This document shows, in pieces, positions 1 to 15,050 of a DNA stretch of 64,000 bases (position 1 is the stretch's first letter; each line of letters starts with the position of its first letter). The translations under genes and the position numbers were made by a program. The notes beneath the pieces were generated by a model, which was not told where the DNA came from, ran no database searches, and saw only the letters and a list, made by a program, of their open reading frames with translations. Source of the DNA: Priapulus caudatus (lineage: Eukaryota); NCBI RefSeq assembly GCF_000485595.1, contig NW_014577072.1, positions 617,413-681,412 on the forward strand. Reading direction: 5' to 3'.

Positions 1-538
1 GAAAATCGGGCAGAAATCTACAAAGGAACGTGCCAATATTCTAAATTATTTCGCCCCTGCAGCGGCGGTTCGGTGGCAGCCTGAGTTAAGGCACTTAGTT
101 TTTGCCGTGTGTTTTGTGCCTTCTTGAGCGAAATTGCCGGTGACGTTTAGTGCAAGACTATGCGGCCGTGAGTCATTCTCGATCACGTATACCTGGCTCG
201 AAACAGCTGGAAGCGAACAAAACGAATTTATCAAGCATACGTGCGCCAGTGATATCGCAGCAGCTCCATCTCGTTTACTTAGTGTATCCAGTGGCCACTT
301 ACGAGATTCAATCGCTGTCTCCGGGCGCGTGCTGCGCGTTTCTAATCATAACACCATAATGCAGACGAGGCTACTGCTTTCCCATTCCATAAATATTGAT
401 AGAAGCTCATTCAAGTGACCGAACACCTGTGTGCCGTCACGATTCGTGCCGAAACAAGCCGGCCATTTAAGCGTGCACTCTTCTAGCGCGTCGTGGTTGC
501 AATAACGAAGGACGGACGGATAGGTGGATGCAGCGCGC

Positions 539-675
539 GATAAGGGTAGCAATCATAGAAATATATAGAGACACCTATATCAGAAGTAGATAAGAGAGAT
601 AGGATCTCCTATTATCTACTCTTGACCTATATATATATGTCTACCTATATTATTTCTATGGCGGCAACCCTTATC
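539..675. repeat. Imperfect ~135-bp palindrome with AT-rich core
   Basis: Nested pairs gataaggg/cccttatc, catagaaat/atttctatg, agtagataa/ttatctact and gagat/atctc. Confidence 0.65.
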
Positions 676-766
676 CGCCGCCTATGTAGACTAGGAACAC
701 CGGCGCGCGCTCACACGCGCGTTTCCACCATAAATCTTTTGTAGATTCCTAGAAATTAGATGTTAA

Positions 767-805
767 CAAGAGCTAATAATACCTATTAGGTATTATTAGC
801 TCTTG
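767..805. repeat. Perfect 39-bp palindrome CAAGAGCTAATAATACCTA-T-TAGGTATTATTAGCTCTTG
   Basis: Read directly from the sequence. The arm motif recurs at 58219-58249. Confidence 0.85.
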
Positions 806-1142
806 ATGTTACGTATTATAGTACAAACTGCGGCGTGCTAAATCAACGACAACCCGCCTTGCTGTCGGCAGACAGTAGTATTCGTTTTTTAGTTGGCTCA
901 CCGATACTCGAACAAGAGGCGCGAGTAACACTAAAACCCGACTAGATACGGATAGCTTACCATGGTAAAGAGAGAAAAACGAGTGAGAGAGGTAGAGAAA
1001 CAGAGAGCGGGAGAGAGAGAGAGCGCGGGCAAGAGAGAGAGAGAGGAACAGCAGGAGAGAGAAAGAGAGCAATTAGGTAGAAAAAGAGCGACAGAAAGAG
1101 AGAGAGCAAGGGAGAAAAAGTGAGACAGAACGAGGGAGAGAT

Positions 1143-1188
<46 letters not shown>

Positions 1189-2291
1189 AAAGAGGGATCG
1201 GAAGAGAAAAAGGGATGGGGCGAGGGGGGTAGAGCGCGCAAGCGATCGAGAAAACGATAGGTGAGCAGAAAGAAACAGAATAAGAGAGCGGGAGAGAGAT
1301 GACGAGAGAAAAGGATAGGGAGAGATTGGGGAAGATCAAAGCAGACAGTGAGAGCAGCTAGGTGGATCAGGGAAGAAAGAGAGAAAGGCGCAAAAAGAGA
1401 AAGATAGATAGAGAGGGTGAGCGGAGAAAAGGGGACGAGAAAGTATGAACAATAAAATGTGGAACAGGGGACCCAACGCAGTAGCTGGTGATTAACGAAT
1501 CTTGATTACCCCTCAATAGGTATCACGATTCCCACGGTCTTCTTCTATCGTCGTTGCCGCTACACGTTAAGTCGTTTAGTATAAGTCGGTGTAGGAATTA
1601 TCTAGAGATGTTTTTCAGGGGTATTATCGGAGTCTTCCAGTTGTCAAGATATACTGCGCTGCATTGCGCCTGTGGGCTGTCATCTTCCATATCTGATGTT
1701 GCATGATCTGTCTTATCAAAGTTAATTCCTATATAGGTGCATGTCTGGCTCGGCGTGTTATAGCCTTCCTCTGGGAACACCTCGCATGTCAGTGTACACA
1801 TTTAGAGCCTGCAGAAACGCGGAAAGCGCGCATCAAGTATACTCGGAATGTGTAGGCGCGCAGGATATAAAACACATCGAGTAGATATCCGGATGAATCT
1901 AACCGCTGATGATTTTACACGAAAGCACCGATAGGTGCATTCATACACGTGTGCAGTACCGCATAATATTCCCCATAGAGCGCTGTATTTTTGCAAAATC
2001 TATATATAGTATGAAACAATAATGGCTATCCGCATGTCAAAAATCCGAGGTGTTGACTCCCCCGATTTAATATGTTGCTTTGGTTCAAGATTACTCAATT
2101 GTGAAGGGTTAATGTCCCGAGGTAAGGTGATATTATTTATTTATTTATTATTTAATTTAGCGAATTTTTATTACAAAGCAAATGCAAATTATTACAGCTG
2201 GTGTCAGTGCGTCAATGAGCGGCGTGGCGTGTATAACTCTCTCTCTCTCTCGCGATCTCTTTCTCTCTCTCTCTCTCTCGCGATCTCTTTC

Positions 2292-2322
<31 letters not shown>

Positions 2323-2594
2323 ATCTTTCTTTCTTTCTCTACAAGCTTCTGTATATTCGATTTCCTAGCTGAAACATGATATTCAGTGTAACCGAGTGCA
2401 TACGTCAATAGTATAGCCACGTCGTTTCCAATTTGCAAAAAATGATCATGGATGAAAAATCGTTAATAATGCACGTCTATATGCGGATACCGACCTCCGA
2501 CATCGATCCATCTTCCTGGAAATATGTGTACATTCTCTAATGACCTATAGTTCTACACCGAAAGGGTTGTCTTGCCAAAAAATAAAACACTAAA

Positions 2595-2609
2595 TTACTG
2601 CTGCTGCTG

Positions 2610-2706
<97 letters not shown>

Positions 2707-2945
2707 GCTGCTGCTACTACTACTGCTACTGCTACGGCAACTGCTACTGCTACCGCTACCGCTGCTAATGCTACGGCTACTGCTACTGCTACGGCTACTG
2801 CTACTGCCGCTGCTACTGCCGCTGCTACTGCCGCTGCTACCGCTACCGTTACTGCCACCGCTACTGCTATACTCCTACTACTACTGCTACTGCTACGGCT
2901 ACGGCTACAGTAACGATTACGACATAGACAACGACTGCGACTACA
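2595..2945. repeat. Compound trinucleotide microsatellite (TGC)n/(TAC)n/(ACTGCT)n
   Basis: Read directly from the sequence. Confidence 0.9.
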
Positions 2946-4401
2946 ATTGGTGTTATAATTTTGGGCCGATATATTTTAGTACTTCTCAGATGCAATGATG
3001 GCCTTTGTGTGAATCGGCACACAACTAATTCGTTAGTAGGACCCTATTCGATACTTGCGGTCGCCGTTGCATCTGGACATACACATTTACGGCAATTTCA
3101 TTCATGGTTTGCTGCCATCGTCGCGCGGCTATATCATACTTCGATTAGGGTTTCACAACCTACAAGTAATTCCAGCTAACCGATAGCCAATACTTCATTC
3201 CCCTTATGACAAAAACGCTATCGAACGAATAATTCTCGCGTAAGTCGATGCTTATAAACACGTGCTAGGCCCTATACATGCTGCTACACTACTCCGGCGT
3301 TGGCTTCATGCTTCTACACTGTATGCGGTCCACGCGGCCACATAACAACGAAATTTCATTGCGCCGTAGTTTTTAGTTAGCCTTCTATTACACCCAGAGC
3401 TAGTCGTTATGCAGGAGAAGCCCCCGTATTTTCGTCCCCGGCTTTATTTCTCCGCTATCGCATCAGCTCCGTGGCGCTGTACGCTGCTGCGTGAGCCCGA
3501 CTACGACCCCGCGTCTCTCGCGTCCGTAACAGACTGTAACAGACTGCGTAAGTAAGTTCTCGTCCGGCTATTTCGTGGCGACCAGCCGAAGCCTCGGGTC
3601 AGACAATGCCACTTCCTCGTCTATTTCCCAAAACGCTTCTGCACATTTCCTAGCGCATATTACAGTAAGACGCACGTGCGTCAGCGCTCGTCGACTTGCT
3701 CAAGAGACCAAATCAATAATTGAGCGGGATCGAAACACAAAATGCCACGTTTCGCCGTCGATCGCTTTTGTTACTCGGAGACGACGGACCGTGTTTTCCA
3801 CCCGAGGAACATCGTCGCGACGCGCACGCCCTCTATTAAAACCGTGTTCCGCTTCGCGCAGCGCGCGCCGAGTTCAAAACCTTTGTCTATATATCGGAAT
3901 AACTAAGGCAACGACCGAAAATTGATTTCGCGAGCAAAGCTGCTGCGTGAGTATGCTTCTATCGGAAGTCAGGCCACTCTCATTTTTGCTCATTTTCGAG
4001 CTTTATTTGGTTAGCGTGGAGTGCTTATGAGCGAAACCATCGTTTACCCCGGAGACGAAATCGTTAGTCTCCAAAGGGGGTCCGTGATTGAATTTCCGTG
4101 GGTTCACGTTAATTGTAGTTTCGCTGCGATTAGTGCCAGTGTTGCTTAGAGAACGGGCACGGCTAATAACAGCTGCGGGGCGATAAGATGTAACGGAGAA
4201 CTGCAGTCAGCCTAGTTTAGCACTTGTTTATCAACAGCTTAAAATCGTTCGCCGTATGAAAGGGGATTGGCCGGAGATAGCGGCTTCAATGCGCGCATAT
4301 CTCTCGACGTCCTACCCCCACCCACGCACACACGCGCGCTCTCTTTCTTTCTTTCTTTCTTTCTCTCCCTCTCACACACACTCTCGCTCTCTCTCTTTCT
4401 T

Positions 4402-4451
<50 letters not shown>

Positions 4452-5470
4452 TCTCGCTCTCTCGTGCGCGTTCACTCTCTCGCTAATTTCCCTAACTTGT
4501 CGACAGAATTTTTTCGGCAAACAGCAAAGCTGCTTATCGTGAATGCTGTGCCTATCCGTCGTCGAGCAGCGGCGGCGGCGGAAGCGCCGACGGCAACGAT
4601 GACGATGCATGTCGACGATAAGCGATTAGGCGCGCGCACACGTTCACGCACAGCGATCGTGTCGCCTCCGAAACTGAATTCGAAGCGAAGACATGCTTTA
4701 TTCGCATTTGATCGGGGGCGGTTTCGCCGCGTCGCTCATTTACGCATTTTGAACGGAAGATAAAATTAAACGTAAGCGGCGGCGGCACCATCGTGAGATT
4801 CCTTGATCGAATATTTGTAGTTTTCGGTTGCCTGGTTTCTTTCTCTCGCACGGTGTTCGTCAACGCATGCTGTATGCGCGAGGAGAGGGCTATAGTCGGC
4901 ACTCTATCTCTAGCGCGTAGTCTGCTCAAAAGTAGACACTCGCTACAACGCTATCGAACCTGATACACAATAGAAGGGGGCTTCAAAAGTGGTTTTCAAG
5001 TCAGCCTCGGAGCGCTGACCGAAAGCATCAAAGTGAGAGGGTCGCGCGTGACAAGAAAAACGTTGAGTGTATAAGGAAAGACAAAACTCCAACGACGGTG
5101 AACGACATTCGAGTTAGATTGCTTTCTGAAGACAAAGTACAGACAAATGAAGACAATTCTATTCCTAATCAGGCATGTCCCTCTTATCTGATTTTCTACT
5201 AGATAGCAATTTTACGATCTTTAGGGCTAGTTTCCGTCTCTAGACGCCCTCCAGTGTAAATCATTTGCGAGAATTTGTCGAGGATATGTCGCATAAAAAC
5301 TACTTCACATGCGCATATCAGTTCGTATTAACTACGACACATGTAAATACCAGATTTTATTCGATTTATTGTTTTTCGCTTGCTATACGGCATGAAGGCG
5401 AAAAGGGATCCTACACTGTGGGGATATATAGCATGCGAGAGGCACACATACACACACACGCGCGCGCGCG

Positions 5471-5527
<57 letters not shown>

Positions 5528-5558
5528 ACTCACACTCACACACTCTCAGACTCACACT

Positions 5559-5615
<57 letters not shown>

Positions 5616-8600
5616 CAGCACACACACACGCGCGCCGCCGTCACACAGCCACACACACCACGCACACACACACACACACGCATACACACACACACAACCC
5701 ACCACACACAACACACATCACACACACACACAACACACTCACACACAAACGGCAAGCGCGAATATTTGCGTAAGCAATAAGTAGATAACGCCGCCACGCC
5801 TGGCCCTGCGCGTGAATGCGAATCAAACATTCAAAATGACGATTTCAGTATTTTGTAGAAAATCTCCGTCGTTTTAAAGACTAGCCATACCCGTCATCCC
5901 CGTTAGTGGTCAAAACTAAAACTAAATAAATAATAAAAAAATAAAAAAATATTAACCTAATATAAGATCCGATAGGTGCGCGTCGTGTTTTCGTGTTGTT
6001 GTGACGTTGCATGCAAAAATTTCCCACTATTTTAATGTTTTTGAACGTAGATGTGAAAAAAAATAAAACTGAAAAGAATATGCCCATGCAACGTGTCATG
6101 ATCTGTAGTCTAGATTGTTCCCGACAAGTTTGGAGAGGAATCCGTTGGAGCGGTGGCGGAAACGTATAGCCGGACACACCACAGCAAGACACACCACACA
6201 CACACCAACACACACACACACACACCACACACACAACACACACACACACACCCACACATCACACACAACACTCACACACACACACACACACAGAAATCCC
6301 CAATTTATAGTAAGATTAAGCGACACGTGTGAGTGTATCCCAACGACTGACTTACCGACACCGCGCATTAGCGTGTCGACAGTGTGTACAAAAACGTTTC
6401 CCTTGTGGACATTTCATGTGTAAACACGTTCAAAGGCAAAATTCGTTATTATACCAGCCACTAATGCGAGCCAAATCTACGTCAAAACATTTAATACAAT
6501 CAAAATTATAAATGAGTCATGCATATTAATTTGCCCCCTTGTTATTTGCGAACGCTCTCTATAAGCCGATAACGCATGAAATCAGAGCGCCTTCTAGTCA
6601 CCACACGATCGCGGTAGCGAAACTTTCCCCCATGAAATATTGTCGCGTGAATCAAACCGAAATGATTTTAGCTTTTCGCGATTCGTGAACGGCATCTTGC
6701 GATTTTCTGCCCAGCAGCTAGTTACCTCCTCGGTGCCAGTCGAGAGAAACCCGCGCCGCTCAGCGCAGCCACACGAAGACTGCCAGTAATGGTAAGATCA
6801 AGTAAGATGCCTCACAGCCGTGCAAATGAGGGCCGTTATGTGAATATTTGCGAGAAAGGAAATAGCCGCTTTTTGCCCGCGCCGCAAAAACCGCGCGTCG
6901 GTCCATCGTGCGCGCGCTCGTCTCTCAAACCATGGCTACACGATATTGACAATTACGCATCGTTAACACGCGTCTGTAGGGTCACGGATAGACAACGCTC
7001 TCTCTTCTCTCTCCACTCTCTTTCTCTCTCGCTCTCGCGCTCCTTCTCTCTCGCCCTCTCGTTTCCTCTTCCCCCTTTCTCTGAGTCTCTCGCAATCTCC
7101 TCGTAGCTGGTGCAGTGAGCTGGCAGTTATCTGGTATTCGCTCGGCGCGCCAAGCGAAACTATCCAGCCGATGTATTCAGATCCGGCACGCCGAGTCGAA
7201 GTTTTACACAAATAGCTCTTCACCGATGCGGCGCGCGGCGGCTCGCGGCTCGCACGTATCTCGTCGTCGACATCTGCCGACTATCGCTGTTGACGTTTGG
7301 GTGTTGCGGATGTCGGCGATGTGTACAACGCAGAGCGCACTCGCGAGATGCGCCGAACGTCAGAGTTGCACGCGGTTGCATTGCTATATAGCTGCGGCGC
7401 TTGCCCGCTCGTCGGTTGCAGACTTAGTATCTCGTATCAAAACATCGTAATCCAAACACGCGAAATGCACGCGGCGTCCGGGGTCGGCCAAGCGTTTCGA
7501 AAAAACACTGTACCTCGATTCGTGACGTTAGGCAGAAGTGAAAAAAAATCTCTTGATGACGAACATGTAGTTGCTTGGGCTGATTTTCGGGCTTCTATGG
7601 TTGAATTTAGGTCATAACTGCGAGCCATTATTAGCAAGGCTTCATCACCGATTTCTCAGCTTTATATATAATGCATTCAGTTAATTGCTTATTCGCACAG
7701 TTTTGCTCTATTGATTGCCTAAGTGATTATATAGAGATACAGCCGACATTATGACCGTATACGTTACAATAAACTTTCGAGACAGCGAGCTATATTGTGT
7801 TGGAAATTAAGACTGAACACGATAGAGTCCGAACGCAAACACCGTCTGTCTTCACAACGTTTGCGTATATGCGACTGAGGCGGCAGCAGGCGTGACCAAC
7901 GTTGTTAGTTAGATCCCTGTAGGATTGCTAACGGCAACGCAATAGTAAGGCGACACCGCGGCGAGCTCACGATTGCTGGCGTTTCGGCGGTGCATCTGGC
8001 CAGGGAGATGAATCAATACATATAGCATGCAGCCGCCTAACATCCCGTGACGGCCGTGCCGTGTTCACGAAAACAATGATTAAATATTTTCCGAGTGGAA
8101 GGCTTCAGTTGAGTTTGATATATCATAACATCAGTGGATGCTGCGGCCGTGTGACGCTATTATTTAGAGATCGATATTCAATATGTCGCCGATGAATTCC
8201 TTTTAGCATTGCGGTCCCTTGGCGTTTGAGACGAGAACGGGTATGACGCAGACGTTTTTAGGACATTGATCATGCATGACGGGTTATATTAATTAGCGTT
8301 AATTAAGCATTTACCAACTGCGGGACTGATTGACACTGTTGGCAGGATTCTGTTGCTGAGCAACTCTCGCTGACAAATGAGCGGCTATATGTTACGACGC
8401 TCGATATCAGGTCTCTTGTAGACGAAGAGAAACGATAAAAGATGCCACAACGCATTTTAAATCTGAAGAATCGTATACGCAAAACTCACGCATCATTGGT
8501 TTATACAAGTGCCTGATTCGAGTTATATACGGTTGCAGTAATTCTGTGATTTAAAATTCATTCTCGTCGACGCAAAGAGCCCCTCTCCCCAACTAACAAC

Positions 8601-10565
8601 GTCGACAGCACTGGAAGGCCTGTCGGCACGAATATGTGTATGGCTTCAGGGTTGATTTGCTTACTTATACTGGGTTCCACGAATTCCTTCGTTAATTAAG
8701 GGAGAAATTGCGCGTTCATAATAAGCTCCTATATTGTCGCCTGTGTATGCCCAACGGGGTGTATGATCTCTCCTCATATTATACGTCATATCGAATGGCG
8801 CAGCATTTTATTGCAGGTGCTGGCAGTAGAAAAACAGCCGTCAAAAATCGGAAGTATGTGAGAACATATATTATTTAGTTCGCGCAGCCAATGGGCTCGA
8901 CCGCACTAGCTTGCTGCTATCATTGAGATAAGGCTGCAGTCGCGATGATCACTCGTAGCTTCGCGCCCTACGATCGTGATGATTATATTAATCCGTTGTA
9001 ATCATAGATCTTAGCCCGTAATACAAAAGTCTATTACCGGATAGCGATAATAGAGTCCAGCGAACACAGCGCAAGCGCAACGGTTGGCTCTTTATTGATG
9101 ATGGCTGGCGCATGCCCCACATTGACATATAATATATGATTAAAGATTCTGGCTACACGAAGGCTCTCTCGTCATACCATAACAGCAAAAATCTCGTAAT
9201 GCATCTACATGAGATCTAAATTACTGCTGGGCTGGCCAATAAACGAGAGCTAACGAGGACCTAGTGCTATAAAAGCTTTTGGTAGGTCAAGTGGGCGCAC
9301 AAAATTAGATAATACAACAATATATTCAGCACTGAATCTCTTCAGTTCTTATGCATCGCTCGATTTTTGGCATTTATCCAATCGCTATAGACACGCGTGC
9401 CCTCTGCACCCTAAAATCATGAAGAATAACATATGTGAATAGATAAATAGATAGATGCAATTTTTCTATTCTATGTTTATTGAACCGAGTGTTACGCTAT
9501 ATGCCGCGGTGTACGATTACGTTAGTACGGTATCAAAGAACCAAAATAACATTTAAGGTTAAAATTTACATTAGAGCAATCGCAGTTTCCGTCTGTCTGT
9601 CAATCTGTCTGTTTGCTGCCGGTTTGCCTATCTGACGACTCATCCCTCCGTCTACCCGTTCTACCATCCACTTGTCCAGATATGACAGATGAAATAGATG
9701 CGTGCAGCGCAGCAGCAAGAAATGTACTAAAATTTTAACATAATGTGAGCTTCCTTCTCCAGCTTCTGCTTCCTGCTTCCAGCTCATTTCTCTTAACGGT
9801 TTGCCAAGTATCAATATGCGATAATATTTAATAACAGACGAATGAAGAACATTGAATAAATAAATAATATAGCAAGAAATTGGCTGACCTGCTTGGTTGC
9901 ATGCCTGACACTGACGAGCACGCTCCTGTAGCAACACAGCCATTTTGAAAACCCACTACACTCGGTATCATGACCCACCTCTGTTATTAATGCTTCCCAC
10001 AAGCGTTTATTATGTTCGCTGCGCTTCTGTTTTGAGAAAATATTTGAACAAAACTAACGTGTTTGTCCCTACTTTATGCGCTGGCAGCACACGTTTGCCA
10101 CGCTGACATAACAGATAGTAGAGTAGACTGGGTTTAATTGCTCTCGCTTTAGATTCAACAGTCACTGCGTGCGAAGCCACACACATCATCATGAGGGACG
10201 CGTGGTGGCAAGTACAAATGAATCAATTACAGCATTTCTATAGCTCATTACAGTAAGAAACGATGCGGCTAACTGTTTCGGGCGAGAAACAGCGCATTGT
10301 GCACCGGCCACTGCACATATTAACTTCCTGCTCCTCTCGTTTACGTCTCTCTATGTTGACACACGCAAAGCGAGACACGTGCGCGCACGGAAGCGCACAC
10401 CCACCACGCATACAGAAACATGTAGGGGGCCTACGGTGCGCACAAACATACGCACGCACACGCACGCAGGCACGAGCGAGCGAACAAATACACGCACACA
10501 CGTCCACAGACGTGCGCGCATACACACACCTACAAACCACCCACCCCCCACACACACACACGCAT

Positions 10566-10643
<78 letters not shown>

Positions 10644-12735
10644 GCATACTTGCACATTGTCGGCGCGATATTCGGCACAAGGACGCGATATTCACCGACA
10701 ATCCGCGGCGTAGCGCCGTTATCCCGTCTCCAAAACAAAGCATCCAATTTATCAGTCGGCATTGAGATCGCGTCGTTGCTAGATCGAGGGGTGCCGTCGC
10801 CCGCTTCGCTGGCATTCGGCAACAAGCCACTAGATTTGCTATTGTTATCGCAATTAACGAGAAGAGGGCCGGCGGCTAATCTCTCGCCGATAGGCCCGTT
10901 TGAAGCCTTACTCAAATTAAGCGCTCGCTGGTGCTGTGCTCATTCAGCCCTCTTTAGATCCGCGCGTAATACCATTTGCTGCGTACTATGTATATACTAA
11001 TGATATCGGAGCACAGGCGGGCAGCGATCGAACGGGTTACTATGGTTCCCGCGATGTCTGCCTCTATTTGTCCCGCGAGACCCTTGTTAGAATAACAGCG
11101 CCCGATGCTCTTTCTATCGGCGCACGCGTGCCCCGTAAGTAGATAGTCTGCGAAGGGGGCTAATTTGCGACGTTTTAATAAGGGTGCGAAATTTTAATTA
11201 GGTGCATTGCGTAGTTTTAGCCGCAGATAATCACTAATTGAAGTAAATGCGAAAAACTGGCTAATTTGCAAGACCTATATCGGGGCTAATGGGGGAAAAA
11301 CACGCTTACACGTTCTCACGGCTGCTCCGCATACACTGATAACGATGCAGCGTGTGAAACAAAGGAGACAAGAGCAGTCGATGAAACGCGCGGTATATGC
11401 ACTTTATAGAATACACCGGCGACGCTTTTGCCCCTTCATTACACGTGGGCGAACGCCTCTATGAATTATCCACGAGAGCATCGCGCTATTGCGCAGCCGG
11501 TTTGTTTTTAAACAGCGTAAAAATGCACGTATAGAATAGCGATCGAAAATGATCGCGGTTAGGTGCGCCTTCGATACGCAAGGTACGCGCGCTCAAAGGC
11601 ATCGTCGTTCTCTTGCAAAGTGACAGGCATTTATGAAGCAGACATTTATGAAGAGTATAAAGATATGAGATTTATGAGATATTTATTCAATGAGAGATTA
11701 TTATATGAGATATGAAGTATACGATTTATGAAGATTATGAGATGTATGACGCAGAGAGCCATCATATAACGGACGCGCGCGCGCACGCCGCTCTTCGCTC
11801 GAAAGTCGCTTTGATAGCTGGGAGTCTACTATCACGCCATCGGACTCTGCCATCAGTGATAATGATGGCTGAAATCGCTGTCTTGTTTCGCACACGATAG
11901 TTTTGATGCGAGTCAGTGGAGCGCGTGAGAAACCGGAGACGCTGATCGAGTCCGACATGCCAATATCGATGTCCGCACCCGATAGTGATAAATTGTGAAC
12001 GCGACAGCGTACTGACTTGTGGTGGCCATAGATCAAAACGGTAGTACAATTATCACGCTGTTGCACCGACGCTAAAGCGATATTGACCGAACGCTACTAA
12101 TGACCATGAGTCATGCAAGTGATGTATATATATATATATATATATACATATCAAGTAGTTAATAATGACAAAAGTTTGTCATTATTAACTCCTGATACAT
12201 TCTTCATATGCATGCTGTGTGTTGTGTGATGTGTGACCTGTGGTGTGTATGTTGTGTGTGCTGTCGTGTGTGTGTGCTGTGTGTGTGTGTGTGTTGTGTG
12301 TGTGTATAGGTTTGAGATTGCACTTGTGTGTGTGGGTGGGTGGTGTGTGTGTGATGCTGTGTGTGTTGGGCGGGACGGCGGTTGCGTGCGTGCGCGCGCG
12401 CCTTGCGTTGTGTCGGTGTGTGTATGTGTGTGCGTGTGTGTGTTGAGTTGATCACCGGGCCTGTCTGTGTGTGTGTGTAGTGTGTGTCTGTGTGTTGTCT
12501 GGCTGTCTGTCTGTGTGTGTGTGTGTGGTTAGCGCGGCGCGCCCGTGGCGTCGCCGTACGTGACTTTGTGCGTTGCGTGCTTGCATGGTGGCTGCCATGT
12601 CCTGTCTGCGGCCGTGCTTGCCACACGTGGCCCCAGGTTGTGTGTGAGGTGTGTGTGGTAGTGTGATGTACTGTGTGTGTGTGTGAAGCAGACAGAGAGC
12701 AATAAGAGTGAGAACTTGAGACCCTGAGGAAGGGG

Positions 12736-12774
<39 letters not shown>

Positions 12775-14157
12775 AGAGAGATGGAGAGAGAGAGAGCGGA
12801 TAGGCAGAAGTACCCACGACCAATACCACTACGTACTAGCACAACCACTACACTACGTAACTTGTATAGGCACACGCAGATGCGCATGAACATACTTTAT
12901 ATACTCGTACTTGCTATATTTATACATTATACTTCCTGCACGAACATGCGCATAGTAATAGACGCGAATATTCAGAAAATGTGTAACAGCGCATGACGAA
13001 AAAATCAGCTTCAAAAAAAAAATAATAATTCAATTTGCGCCTACATAATAATTAATAATTTTCATTTGTTTTTCAAATTACACGAACGCACTATCCTTCC
13101 CTTCTGTCTAAAACAACTTGATTACACATCACATCCAGCTAATCTCCATTTAAATCAGGAAACGCGCGCGAATAAAGCAACATGAGATTTTGCAGTTCGT
13201 AATTGCTTGGGACAAATTTCAAATAAATGCGCAAACTGTGTTTGATTTGGCTGATTTTTCTTACTTACTGCGTCGTGCATGGGACCGAATGGACCGCGGA
13301 GTTATATGGGCTTCTTTAGATTTTTACCCAGTGGATTTGTTTACTGTAGCTGCGATAAAGCGAACTAGCGGAGCTTGCGCGTCTCTATAACGTTATGGCT
13401 TATTCAGAATGTAGGTTGCTCGATTTAGCTGAAATATTTATACCAATGAAGTCTCTCGTGTGCATACTGAGGCAGTCGTTGTCATTTTATATGATCTAGA
13501 AAGTGTTTCTTTTAACAGGCCATAAATGTAGCTCGATTTTCCCTTATCGTTTTATGCCGGACAATATTTTCAATAACTCCTGACAACTGCTTTTTGAAAG
13601 CCTCGAAGTCAGCGGCGATTCTTCGTTGTAAGCGACATCGTATTCGACTGGCATGTGGCTACACTCAGGCGCCGCTGCCGTCGTTCGTGCATAGAGATCA
13701 TCATGTATAGCCAGCTGAATAATTCAATAAGAAAATAACCGCTCAGCTGTCGTCGGCCTTTTCCGTCTGCCCGCGAGTGCGTCCCGTAAATTGTCGCTCG
13801 CGGGCGGCCGCTTCCGACCTGCCGCAGGGCGGAGCCACCTTCGTTCTATGGTGTATATCTTCTTCTTCGTGAATTTACATGGATCGCGGCGGTGGCGACG
13901 GCGGTGATGGCGGCGGCGACGATGGCGGCGGCGGTGACGGCCCGGCCCTACCCGCGCTCTCCTTCAATTTGTCCTGGAAGCTGCACCCTGGCGGGAAAAC
14001 ACTTGCCCGCGAATATCGATTGCTCCGCGATGCGTTTGGATAGTGATCAATCTACTCGGCGGCAGTGAGTGAGAGCGCGGCTCCGGTCGGCCGACAGCCC
14101 GACGAGCCGGGCGACAGTAGTGGGAGACGCGCGCAGCTCTCTATAGTGGTCTCTCGC

Positions 14158-14180
14158 CATCTATCTATCTATCTATCCAT

Positions 14181-14239
<59 letters not shown>

Positions 14240-15050
14240 ATCTATACTAGCTCGTATCTATCTATTCTATCTATCCTATTTATCTATCTATCTATCTATC
14301 TATTTACTTTTCTCTACTCTATCTAGCTTACGTTCTTTCATTTACTATCTACTCTATCTATCTATCATAACTAATCTACCTATTTATCTATCTATTCTCT
14401 ATCTTACTCCATCTAATCCATCTGACATCCATCTATCTATCTATCTTATCTATCTATTCTATTCATCTATGCTATGCTATCACTATCTATCTATCTAATC
14501 TATCAATCATCATCCTATCTACTACTATTGAGCTCAGCTAGCTAGCTATTTAGCTATCTATCTATCTATCTATCGTATTTATCTATCTATTATCCTCTCT
14601 TAGTCTATCTATCTATTATCTACTCCATCTATGCTATCTAATCTATCTGATCTCCATCTATCTATCTATCTATCTATCTATCATTTGTTGGTCTGTTCTG
14701 TCCTATCTAATCTATCTATCCTCTCTCTATCACTATCTATTCTATGCTATCTATCTATCTACATCTTACCTACCTACCCACATACCTACCTAACCTACCG
14801 TACCTACCTACCACCTACCTCCCTAACCTACCTAGCATACCTACCTCCCTACCCATATCTATCATTCTATCTATGCTATCCTATCTTCACTATCTAATCT
14901 ATCTATCTCTCTATCTATCTATCTGTCTCATACCTATCTAGTCTATCTATCTATCTATCTACCTATCTATCCTCTCTATCTATCTATCTATCCTATCTAT
15001 CATCTACTTTCTCTCTGTCTACTTTATTTCTTCTCTCCTCTATCAGTCTC
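14158..15050. repeat. (ATCT)n/(ACCT)n tetranucleotide array, largely degenerate
   Basis: Read directly from the sequence. Confidence 0.9.

Noticed and set aside
1598..1801. 67-aa minus-strand ORF with ordinary composition
   Set aside because: No recognisable motif; an in-frame stop lies immediately upstream and no partner exons were found.
13879..14070. GC-rich stretch with ATGs and a gtgagt donor, as a Dpr first exon
   Set aside because: Frames either stop before the donor or give phase 2, and there is no convincing signal peptide.
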